This document shows, one piece after another, positions 20,202 through 29,355 of a DNA stretch of 64,000 nucleotides (positions are counted from its first letter, which is position 1; each line of letters begins with the position of its first letter). The stretch is taken from contig JBEEFP010000050.1 of assembly GCA_041166085.1 (NCBI GenBank), positions 15,114 through 79,113 of the forward strand, read 5' to 3'. The notes under the pieces are model-generated. The model worked only from the letters and a program-made list of their open reading frames with translations, had not been told where the DNA came from and did not search any database. Source of the stretch: Actinomycetota bacterium (GTDB lineage Bacteria; Actinomycetota; Acidimicrobiia; Acidimicrobiales; JAFATL01). The position numbers and the translations under genes are program-made.

Positions 20202-21953
20202 CTAGTCGCCGAGGAGCGGGGCGGCCAGCGCCTTGACACGGTCGACGGCGTCGGGACTGATGCCCTGCTCGAGGAGGCCGGCCAGCAGCGGGATGACGTC
20301 GCCGGGGGTGCCCGCCGTGAAGGCGGCGTCGTAGGCGATCAGCAGGTCCTCGATGCCGGCCTCGCCGATGGGCGGGTCGTCGATGGCGGCGACGAGGGCG
20401 CCGGCCGCGTCCAGGTCGAGTCCGCCGGCCAGCAGGGCGGCCCGCACCACGCGGGGCCCGACCTCGGACACCAGACGGGCCAGGTCCACGGGCAGACGGG
20501 GGTCGGGGTCTTCCTCGGTGGCCACCACGTGGTGCACGGCGACGTTGCAGAACGGCACGACCCCCGCCAGCCACACGCCGAGGGCGGCCATGGGCAGGAC
20601 CCACTTGACCACGCCGCTCGGTCCGACCACGAGGGTCGTGACCGGCGCCAGCTCGGCCGGTCCCTTCTCGGTCGCGGGCCAGCCACCGGCCGCGAGCGGC
20701 CACACCGCGCCGACGAATCGGGCGTCGAGCACGTCGTCCTCGGCGACGAGCGTGCCCATGCACTTGCCGCACGACGTCGAGGTCTCGACGCTGACGGCGA
20801 GCTGGCCGCAGTCGAGGCACGCCGCCACCGGCACGGGCTGGCCCGCCCACACCTGGTGGCTCAGACACCAGTCGCCGCCCAGTCCGGCGCGGGCGATGAG
20901 CTCGTCGCGCGCCATGGGCGGGGCGAAGTCGATGCGGCTCTCGCGGACGGCGTCGGCCGCCGCCACCTCGAGATCGGCCATGGGCAGGAACCAGTGCCGT
21001 CCCCGCCTGGGCACGAGCACGGTCCCGCAGCGCCGGCACCGGTCCGACGGCTCGAGCCCGGGCCGCACCACGAGGACGTCCCCGTCGGCGGTGATGAGCT
21101 GGCGGGCCGCGGCCCGGGCCGCGAACCGGGCCAGGCCCTGCAGGGGTCCGTCGGAACGCACCACGCCGTCGGCGTCGAGCACGTCCACCGGTAGCAGCCC
21201 GTGACGGCGGGCCCGCTCGAGGCCGGCCGCGTCGTGCGACGGGATCACGAGCTCGGGCGCTTCGATGCCGGCCTCGGCGATCACCGGCACCACCGTGCGG
21301 GCGACGGGCACCTCGACCTGGCTGCCGGCGGCCGGGTGGTCCTCGGGCACGACGACCGCCACCACGCCCGGGAGCAGCTCGGGGGCGACGAGATCGACCT
21401 CCACGTCGAAGGTGACCTGGGGGCCGGTGGTCTCGGGCGGGCCCAGCTTGAGGGTGATGACCTCGGCGTCGAGTGCGGTGGGGATGGCGTCGGCCGGGTC
21501 GATGACCGTGCGGCAGCGGGGGCAGGTGGCCACGACCTGCTCCTGGCGGGTGAGCAGGCCCGCCTCGTAGAGACGGACGAAGGCGGTCCGGGCGGCGACG
21601 ACAGGCGCCTCGGTGTCGAGGGCGTCGGCTCCCAGGTCGGCGCTGATCCCCGCCGCGGCCAGGTCGCGGGTCACCCGCTCGCGGGCCTCGGCCTCCTGGG
21701 CCCGCACCCGGTCGACGAAGGCGTCGCGGCCGAGGTCGGAGCGGCTGATGCCCTGGCGGGCCAGGTCCCGCTCGACCAGCGCTTGACTCCCGAGGTCCCC
21801 GGCGAGTGTGGGGGCCTGCCACGTCCCCTCGGCTCCCTCGGACCGGGCCCGGCGCAGCAGGGCGTCCACCGACGCGAGGGTGGCGAGGTGGGCCAGGTGC
21901 AGCTCGCCGGTCAGGCGGACGGGGCTGGTGAGGATGCGGTACTGCTCGGGCAC
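20202..21953 (-). CDS. Short, degenerate valyl-tRNA-synthetase-like protein (class I aaRS homolog lacking KMSKS and the anticodon-binding domain)
   Basis: 583 aa in the syntenic valS position. ValRS-like blocks are present: TGELHLAHL (HIGH region), [39 protein letters not shown] and [20 protein letters not shown]. No KMSKS-like loop is present, and only about 75 aa follow that region. Confidence 0.6.
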   Translation of the reverse strand: MPEQYRILTSPVRLTGELHLAHLATLASVDALLRRARSEGAEGTWQAPTLAGDLGSQALVERDLARQGISRSDLGRDAFVDRVRAQEAEARERVTRDLAAAGISADLGADALDTEAPVVAARTAFVRLYEAGLLTRQEQVVATCPRCRTVIDPADAIPTALDAEVITLKLGPPETTGPQVTFDVEVDLVAPELLPGVVAVVVPEDHPAAGSQVEVPVARTVVPVIAEAGIEAPELVIPSHDAAGLERARRHGLLPVDVLDADGVVRSDGPLQGLARFAARAAARQLITADGDVLVVRPGLEPSDRCRRCGTVLVPRRGRHWFLPMADLEVAAADAVRESRIDFAPPMARDELIARAGLGGDWCLSHQVWAGQPVPVAACLDCGQLAVSVETSTSCGKCMGTLVAEDDVLDARFVGAVWPLAAGGWPATEKGPAELAPVTTLVVGPSGVVKWVLPMAALGVWLAGVVPFCNVAVHHVVATEEDPDPRLPVDLARLVSEVGPRVVRAALLAGGLDLDAAGALVAAIDDPPIGEAGIEDLLIAYDAAFTAGTPGDVIPLLAGLLEQGISPDAVDRVKALAAPLLGD

Positions 21954-21983
21954 GGTCGCCCGAGGTTACGGAGTGCTGGGTGC

Positions 21984-22550
21984 CTAAGCGACTTTGACCA
22001 GGATGGGCTCGCGGTCCTGGATCCGCTCCTTGGCATGGTCCGCCAGCTCCTCGGCCCGCTTGCGAGCCTGATCGGCGGCCTTCTCGGCCCGCTTCCGAGC
22101 CTGCTTGCCGGCGTGCTCGGCCCGCTTGGCCGCCTCGATGCGTGCCTTCCCGGCCCGCTTGCCGGCCTCCTTGCGGGCGGCCTTGGCCTGCTTGCGAGTC
22201 TGCTTGGCCGCCTGCTCGAGATGCGGCTTGGCCGTGTCCGCCGCCTCCTTGGCCCGCTCGCGGGCGACCTCGAGGGCGTGCTCGACAGCGGGACGGGCGA
22301 TGCGGGCCGCCTCGGCGAAGCTGCCGGCCTTGAGCGCGGTGATGGCGCTCGCCTTGCGGGACTTGCGCTTGGAGCGACGATCGAGGAGCAGGCCGAGGAC
22401 GGCGCCGCTGGCCGCGAAGGCACCGGCGGTCTTGGCCGCGTCGGTGGCGAGGTCCTCGGACTGGTCGTTGGGCGACTGGCTGCTCCGGTACACGGCGACG
22501 CCGACACCGGCGATGCCACCCAGGAGCGCGAACTTAACGAGCTTGGCCAT
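21984..22550 (-). CDS. Hypothetical N-terminally anchored Ala/Lys/Arg-rich helical repeat protein
   Basis: The N-terminus [23 protein letters not shown] is a TM anchor. It is followed by repeats such as [54 protein letters not shown]. The DNA shows imperfect tandem repeats. Confidence 0.55.
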   Translation of the reverse strand: MAKLVKFALLGGIAGVGVAVYRSSQSPNDQSEDLATDAAKTAGAFAASGAVLGLLLDRRSKRKSRKASAITALKAGSFAEAARIARPAVEHALEVARERAKEAADTAKPHLEQAAKQTRKQAKAARKEAGKRAGKARIEAAKRAEHAGKQARKRAEKAADQARKRAEELADHAKERIQDREPILVKVA

Positions 22551-22618
22551 GGGGGGAACCTACCCCCGCGCTGCCTTCTTGACTCCCGAGGAGCCGAGGG
22601 GGAAGGGGGCGACGCGCG

Positions 22619-23893
<1,275 letters not shown>

Positions 23894-23909
23894 TGTCCCC
23901 CCAGCCTCC

Positions 23910-24545
23910 TTATGCGACGCCCGCGGCTTGCGGGACCTGTGCCAGTTCGCGAGTCGTGATGACCTCGTCGACGATGCCGTACTCACGAGCTTCTTCTGCG
24001 CTCATGATGAAGTCGCGATCGGTGTCGTGCTTGACCTTCTCGATGGTCTGACCCGTGTGGTGGGCCAGCATGGCGTCGAGGAGATCGCGCATGCGCAGGA
24101 TCTCCTTGGCCTGGATCTCGATGTCGGCGGCCTGGCCCGCAGCACCGCCGTAGGGCTGGTGGATGAGGACCCGTGCGTGGGGCAGGGCGAAGCGCTTGCC
24201 CTTGCTGCCGGCGGCCAGCAGCACCGCCGCGGCCGACGCGGCCTGCCCGTAGCAGAACGTGGAGATCTCGTTCTTCACGAACTGGATGGTGTCGTAGATC
24301 GCGAAGAGGGCGGTGATGTCGCCACCGGGTGAGTTGATGTAGAGGCTGATCTCGCGGTCGGGGTTCTCCGACTCGAGGAACAGGATCTGCGCGCACACCA
24401 GGTTGGCGATGGTGTCGTCGATGGGCGTGCCCAAGAAGATGATGTGGTCCTTGAGCAGCCGGGAGTACAGGTCGAAGGCCCGCTCGCCCCGGTTCGTCGA
24501 CTCGACGACCGTGGGAACGAGGTAGTTGTACGCGGGCTGGATCAC
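23910..24545 (-). CDS. clpP: ATP-dependent Clp protease proteolytic subunit ClpP
   Basis: The motifs [33 protein letters not shown] and [14 protein letters not shown] (Ser active site) are present. The GTG start forms a GTGA overlap with the tig stop. Confidence 0.93.
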   Translation of the reverse strand: MIQPAYNYLVPTVVESTNRGERAFDLYSRLLKDHIIFLGTPIDDTIANLVCAQILFLESENPDREISLYINSPGGDITALFAIYDTIQFVKNEISTFCYGQAASAAAVLLAAGSKGKRFALPHARVLIHQPYGGAAGQAADIEIQAKEILRMRDLLDAMLAHHTGQTIEKVKHDTDRDFIMSAEEAREYGIVDEVITTRELAQVPQAAGVA

Positions 24546-25972
24546 GACTGGAGCTGCTCCTCTTCTGCTTGCTCTTGTTGCGTTTCCTCTTGCGCTGGGG
24601 CCTCGTCTGCGGGGGCTGCTTCGTCGCCGGCGTCCTCGCCGGTTGCCTCATCCAAACCGTTGGTACCGGGGAGCTGCAGTTCGGCCCGGTCGATGGTGTG
24701 GCCCTCAGTGTCGACGATCTCGACGTGCTCGAGTAGCCACGCCAACGCCTTGCCCTTCCTGATGTCCGAGCGTACCGCCTGCATCTGGTCTGCACGTTCG
24801 AGTTGGCGGCGGAGCTGGGCGGGCTTCTGTTCGAAGCGTTCGGCCAGACGCTCGATCTCGGTGTCGACGTCGGCGTCGGTGGCCTCGATGCTTTCGGCCT
24901 CGACGACGGCGCGCAGTGCCAGGTCGGCCTTGACCGCCTCGGTTGCGGCGGAACGCAGGTCCTCGATGAGCTGCTCCTGGCTCTGGCCCGTGGCCTCCAG
25001 CCAGCCGCCGAGCTCCATGCCCTGGGACTCGAGGCGGTGCGACAGGTCGTGCAGACGGCGTTCCATCTCGGCGCCGACGAGGGGCTCGGGCGCGTCGTCG
25101 TCGACCAGCTTCACCAGCTCGTGCACGACCTCGTCGCGCAGGGCCAGCTGGGCCTGCACCTTGCGCACCATCGACAGCCGGTTGCGAATGTCGTCCTTGA
25201 GCGCGTCGACCGTCTCGAACTCCGAGGCCTCGCCCGCCCACTCGTCGGTGACGTCGGGGAGGATCATCTCCTTGACGTCTTTGACGAGAATCTGGAACGA
25301 CACCTCGTCGTCCGGAGTATCAGAGAGCTTGGCGTTGAACTTGAGGATGTCGCCGACCTTGGCGCCCCGCAGCTGCTCGTCGAGCTCGGGGACCATGGCG
25401 CCGCTGCCGACCTCGTAGAGCTCGTCGTCGGCCTGCTGCAGCGTCTCGTCGTGCCGGTAGATCTTGCGGTCGATGGTGACGTGGTCGCCGTCGTGCGCAG
25501 GGCGGTTCACCGGATTGAGCTGCGCGTCGTTGCGACGCAGCCGATCGACCTGGGCGTCGATCTCGGCTTCCGACGGGTCGAGCCCGGGCAGGGTCACCTG
25601 CAGGTTCTGGTACCCGGCCACGTTGATCTGCGGCATGACCTGCACGACCGCGTCGAAGGCCACCGGCCCCGACTCCTCGCCGGAGGTGATGTCGATCTCC
25701 GGCGGGGCGATGGGGTCGATGTCGGATTCCTGCAGGGCCTTGGCGTAGTAGTCGGGCAGCGCGTCGCGCAGTGCCTCCTGCCGGGCCGCCTCGGCACCGA
25801 TGCGGGCCTCGATGATGCGACGGGGCGCCTTGCCCGGACGGAACCCGGGGATGCGCACCTCACGGGCGATCTTGCGGAAGGCGGCGTCGAGGGCCTTCTC
25901 GAACTCCTGCTCGTCGACCTCGACGGAGAGCTTGACCTTGTTCCCCTCGAGGGGCTCGACCGTCGACTTCAT
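24542..25972 (-). CDS. tig: Trigger factor
   Basis: The N-terminus [55 protein letters not shown] matches trigger factor. It has an acidic C-terminal tail. Confidence 0.92.
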   Translation of the reverse strand: MKSTVEPLEGNKVKLSVEVDEQEFEKALDAAFRKIAREVRIPGFRPGKAPRRIIEARIGAEAARQEALRDALPDYYAKALQESDIDPIAPPEIDITSGEESGPVAFDAVVQVMPQINVAGYQNLQVTLPGLDPSEAEIDAQVDRLRRNDAQLNPVNRPAHDGDHVTIDRKIYRHDETLQQADDELYEVGSGAMVPELDEQLRGAKVGDILKFNAKLSDTPDDEVSFQILVKDVKEMILPDVTDEWAGEASEFETVDALKDDIRNRLSMVRKVQAQLALRDEVVHELVKLVDDDAPEPLVGAEMERRLHDLSHRLESQGMELGGWLEATGQSQEQLIEDLRSAATEAVKADLALRAVVEAESIEATDADVDTEIERLAERFEQKPAQLRRQLERADQMQAVRSDIRKGKALAWLLEHVEIVDTEGHTIDRAELQLPGTNGLDEATGEDAGDEAAPADEAPAQEETQQEQAEEEQLQS

Positions 25973-26138
25973 GCGGGGGCGAGTGTACCGGCGGGGGTCT
26001 CCAATCCCGACACCCTGCTTATTGCGCCAGCTCGGCTCCGCCTCGCCAGCGCGGTGCTGACGGGGACCCCAACCCCGTCAGCGGCAACTCGTCGGGTGCG
26101 CGCCTTGCCGTCGGTACGATTGCTGGCTCCAGCACATT

Positions 26139-26203
26139 CGGGGAGTGGCGCAGTGGTAGCGCAAGGCTGCATTGCGGGGGCAGGCGCCCCGCCTGTCCCC
26201 AGT
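26139..26203 (+). pseudogene. Decayed partial copy of tRNA-Pro (5' 25 nt identical to the intact gene; T-arm missing)
   Basis: CGGGGAGTGGCGCAGTGGTAGCGCA is identical to 26218-26242. A recognisable but non-foldable anticodon-arm remnant follows (..CTGC ATTGCGGGG GCAGGCG), and there is no T-arm. The flanking GTACGAT is also repeated (26115 and 26203). Confidence 0.45.
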
Positions 26204-26217
26204 ACGATCACCGCGAC

Positions 26218-26289
26218 CGGGGAGTGGCGCAGTGGTAGCGCACCTGCTTTGGGGGCAGGCGGTCGGGGGTTCAAATCCCCCCTCCCCGA
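26218..26289 (+). tRNA. tRNA-Pro (anticodon TGG)
   Basis: Hand-folded as CGGGGAG TG GCGC AGTGGTA GCGC A CCTGC TTTGGGG GCAGG CGGTC GGGGG TTCAAAT CCCCC CTCCCCG A. All stems are Watson-Crick. CCA is not encoded. Confidence 0.9.
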
Positions 26290-26311
26290 CGGCTAGCGTG
26301 CCAAGATCCGT

Positions 26312-26386
26312 GCGGGTGTAGCTCAATGGCTAGAGCTCCAGCCTTCCAAGCTGGTGACGCGGGTTCGACTCCCGTCACCCGCTCCA
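26312..26386 (+). tRNA. tRNA-Gly (anticodon TCC), CCA encoded
   Basis: Hand-folded as GCGGGTG TA GCTC AATGGCTA GAGC T CCAGC CTTCCAA GCTGG TGAC GCGGG TTCGACT CCCGT CACCCGC T CCA. Confidence 0.9.
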
Positions 26387-26453
26387 ATCTGCAAGTGAGG
26401 GTCTCCTGAACCGGGCTGCTGCAAGGAACGTTCTGGCCATCCTGACGCTGGCG

Positions 26454-26858
26454 ATGCTCGTCGTCGCCATCGTGGGCCTGTTCACCGTCGACTTCGGCGA
26501 CGACAACAACGTGGCCACGGGCCCCGGCGGAACCACCACGACCGAGTTCCCCGGCACGACTGCCACGACGGCAGGCACTGCGACGACCCAACCCAGCTCG
26601 GCGACGACCCAGGGCACCACCGCGACGACGAGCGCACCCGCCACAACCCAGGCCACCACCGCCACCACAACGGCCGTCGGCGGCACCGCCACCACCGCGC
26701 CCGGCAGCGGCCTCGGCACGGGCGGCACCGGCCAGGCCGGTCAGGGCCCGCTGGCCACCTCGGGCGGCACCGACATGATGGTGCCCGCCATCCTCCTCGC
26801 CCTGGTGGGGATCTTCGGCTGGCGGGTCAGCCGACGGGGAGCGCCGGCGGAGCGCTGA
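26454..26858 (+). CDS. Thr-rich secreted/surface protein with C-terminal sortase-like sorting signal (LATSG + TM + RVSRRG)
   Basis: 134 aa. It has a hydrophobic N-terminus and a ~90-aa Thr/Ala/Gly-rich low-complexity region. The C-terminus is GPLATSGGTDMMVPAILLALVGIFGWRVSRRG, which resembles the LAxTG class E sortase signal. Confidence 0.6.
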   Translation: MLVVAIVGLFTVDFGDDNNVATGPGGTTTTEFPGTTATTAGTATTQPSSATTQGTTATTSAPATTQATTATTTAVGGTATTAPGSGLGTGGTGQAGQGPLATSGGTDMMVPAILLALVGIFGWRVSRRGAPAER

Positions 26859-28242
26859 GCGCCTCGCCGGTCCCCTCTTCCACGCCGTCGGACTCGGCTC
26901 GCCCCTGGCGGCCGCGCCGACGCCCCTTGCGCTCCAACGGCGGTACCGCGAGAAGCAGGACGAAGAGGGGCAGCATCTGGACGCGCTGCCTGGCAAGGAT
27001 GCCGAAGTTGCCGATGCTGCCGAAGGCGAGACAGAACACGAACGTGTAGCTGCCGACGAAGGCCAGGTACGGCACCCGCACCATCATCCGGATCGCCGCA
27101 GCGATGCGGCGCCAGCCGCGGATCGTGAGGAGGAGCAGGAACGACGCTTCGACCGCGGTACCGAGCGCGAGTGGCGTGCCAGCCTCGAAGGGGAACGGGC
27201 GGAACAGCACGGTGACGATCGCGACGGGTGCCTGCGCGGGGTTGGTGGCCTTGACCGCGGTGAACTCAGAACCGGACTTCGAGGTCTGGGCCTGCGTGCG
27301 CGTCAGGGCGGCGTCGACACCCTCGGCGTCGAAGCTGTCGAGGTTGAACTTCTGGGCCACGCCACCGATCACGACACTCCCGACAACGAGGAGGACGACG
27401 ATGCCGAGACCCTTGACGAGGATGTTGGTGGGCAACCGCTTGACGGGTCGACGCAACAGGAACGCTGCCGTCAGCCCGACGAAGAGCATCAGGGTGATGT
27501 GGGGACGGCACGCGGCTGAGCCGAGGAGCCCAGCGCCGGTCCACAACACGCCGCGTGGCTTGGCCTTCAGCAGCAGGGCGACGCCATACGCGGTGGCACC
27601 GACCGTCAGCACCATCCATGCCTCCTTGCCGATGCTGGATGGCCAGAACAGCGTCGATGGCAGGAAGAACAGCAGGAAGAAGTAGCGACGGGAGTCGAGC
27701 TCGGGACAGGCCACGCGCATGGCGCGGTAACAGAGGTACACACCCAGGAACGAGAACCACCCGAACACGAAGAAGCCGCCGAGCTTGGTCGGATCGGTGA
27801 TGCTGAAGACGATGCCGGTCACGATCTTCAGGAACCCCGTGCCGATGAACTTGCCGACGTCGACCGAGTAGTCCCCGGCACGGAACTGGTCGGCAAGCGA
27901 GCGGCCGGCGCCGTAGTACTCGGTGGCGTCGCTCTTGCCGTGATACAGCCCGTAGATCATCACGAACCGGGCCAGGATCCCGATGGCCTTCACCCCGAGC
28001 ACGGTCGGCGCGAGGCGCACCATGAGGTCGTCGCCCTCGCGCCGAGCGGTGCGCAGCATGAACGGAAGCGTGATGGCTGCGAGCAGCGGCCCGATGAGCA
28101 TCGCCGGCCAGACGTCGTAGGTCGTGCGCTCCATGGCCCACGCGAACACGCCCATGTAGGCGATGAGGATCGCGCCTCCGACAACCACCTCGAACCGCGG
28201 CAGCCGCAGGCCGAGCTCGGCTGACAAGGGGCGGGTGGCCAT
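26827..28242 (-). CDS. Polytopic membrane protein, O-antigen polymerase/ligase (Wzy)-like (putative)
   Basis: 471 aa with about 10 or more hydrophobic spans. It is the last gene of the GT/BY-kinase operon, with a TGATG overlap to the upstream GT4. The functional assignment rests on context and topology only. Confidence 0.5.
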   Translation of the reverse strand: MATRPLSAELGLRLPRFEVVVGGAILIAYMGVFAWAMERTTYDVWPAMLIGPLLAAITLPFMLRTARREGDDLMVRLAPTVLGVKAIGILARFVMIYGLYHGKSDATEYYGAGRSLADQFRAGDYSVDVGKFIGTGFLKIVTGIVFSITDPTKLGGFFVFGWFSFLGVYLCYRAMRVACPELDSRRYFFLLFFLPSTLFWPSSIGKEAWMVLTVGATAYGVALLLKAKPRGVLWTGAGLLGSAACRPHITLMLFVGLTAAFLLRRPVKRLPTNILVKGLGIVVLLVVGSVVIGGVAQKFNLDSFDAEGVDAALTRTQAQTSKSGSEFTAVKATNPAQAPVAIVTVLFRPFPFEAGTPLALGTAVEASFLLLLTIRGWRRIAAAIRMMVRVPYLAFVGSYTFVFCLAFGSIGNFGILARQRVQMLPLFVLLLAVPPLERKGRRRGRQGRAESDGVEEGTGEALSAPPALPVG

Positions 28243-29345
28243 CAGCGCGTCACCTCGGCATAGACCTCGAGGGTTCGAGCGACCGCTGGTGCGATGTCGT
28301 AGCCCGCTCCGGTCGTCGCCGCCGCCGACCCGAGCGCGTTGCGGAGCGCGGCGTCCTCCAGCACCTTCCCCAACGCAACCGCGAGGCCGGCCGCGTCACC
28401 GGGAGGGACGAGAAGCCCGTCCTCGCCGTGCGTCACCACTTCGGGCACGCCCCCCACGGCGGTTGCCACGCACGCCAGTCCCGACGCCATGGCCTCGAGC
28501 AAGGCGATCGGCAGCCCTTCGAAGCGGGAGCTGAGCACGAACACATCGAACCCGGCCAAGAGATCGGGGACGTCGTCACGCAGACCGAGGAAATGCACGC
28601 GACCCTCGAGCCCGGCGGCTGTCACCTGCCGGCGAACGGCGTGTTCCTCAGGACCGGTGCCGACCAGCGCGAGCTCGGCCTCGGGATGGTCGCGACGCAA
28701 CTGCGCGAACGCGGTGATGAGTGTGGCGTGGTCCTTCTTCGGCGTGAAGTTCCCGACGGTGCCCACGACCGGCACGCCTTCGGCGATGCCGAGAACGGCA
28801 CGAGCACCGGCGCGATCGCCCGCCCCGGTGATCGCGTCCACGTCGATGCCATGGACGAGCACTTCGACGGGGGGACGACCCGGCCGGCGGGGTGTGATCG
28901 ACGCCGCCACCGCCGAAGAGACGGCAAAGGCGCGAGTGTTGCGGGCATAGGTGAGGGCGTTGGCCTTGGCCGTGAGCGGCCGGTACCGCTCCCAGAGGTT
29001 GTGCTCGGTGTGCACGAGCCGCACTCGGCGGGGCGCCACGAGACGCGCCGCGACCGCGGGGACGGGCATGTGGGTGTGCACAATGTCGTAGTTCCCGGTG
29101 CGGATGAGCTTGCGCAGTCGCCACACCCACCGCAAGTCGGCGGGTCCGCCACCGCCGAGACAGTGCACCGGCACCTTGCGTTCGACCAGGGCCGGGACCA
29201 GCGCGTCCTTCCATGGCAGGACGTAGGCGACCTCGACGGCGACGACTGCCGGGTCGATGTGGCGGATGCTGTCGACGGCGAGTTGCTCGGCGCCGCCCCG
29301 CCCCAGGCCCTTGAGGAGCCAGAGCGCGCGGAGAGGCACGGTCAC
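28242..29345 (-). CDS. Glycosyltransferase family 4 (GT-B)
   Basis: The N-terminus LWLLKGLGRGGAEQLAVD is followed by a C-terminal EGLPIALLEAMASGLACVAT (EX7E region). The start is re-set to the GTG at 29345, 10 nt after the BY-kinase stop. Confidence 0.75.
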   Translation of the reverse strand: MTVPLRALWLLKGLGRGGAEQLAVDSIRHIDPAVVAVEVAYVLPWKDALVPALVERKVPVHCLGGGGPADLRWVWRLRKLIRTGNYDIVHTHMPVPAVAARLVAPRRVRLVHTEHNLWERYRPLTAKANALTYARNTRAFAVSSAVAASITPRRPGRPPVEVLVHGIDVDAITGAGDRAGARAVLGIAEGVPVVGTVGNFTPKKDHATLITAFAQLRRDHPEAELALVGTGPEEHAVRRQVTAAGLEGRVHFLGLRDDVPDLLAGFDVFVLSSRFEGLPIALLEAMASGLACVATAVGGVPEVVTHGEDGLLVPPGDAAGLAVALGKVLEDAALRNALGSAAATTGAGYDIAPAVARTLEVYAEVTR

Positions 29346-29355
29346 CCGCTGCCGG

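Noticed and set aside
23910-24545. Only one clpP lies between tig and clpX, whereas many Actinomycetota have clpP1-clpP2 there.
   Set aside because: The copy number of clpP varies between lineages, and a second copy may be elsewhere. This cannot be evaluated from the window.
26056-26082. A 10-bp hairpin (GCTGACGGGG-ACCCCAA-CCCCGTCAGC) in the tig / tRNA divergent intergenic region.
   Set aside because: It is a single short GC-rich stem of the kind expected by chance at this base composition. It has no associated motif and no clear position relative to a start codon or tRNA.
26271-26996. A 241-aa minus-strand ORF spanning the tRNA-Gly gene and the Thr-rich gene.
   Set aside because: It overlaps a well-folding tRNA. 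It is antisense to a plus-strand ORF that has signal-like termini, and its sequence is Gly/Arg-rich low complexity.
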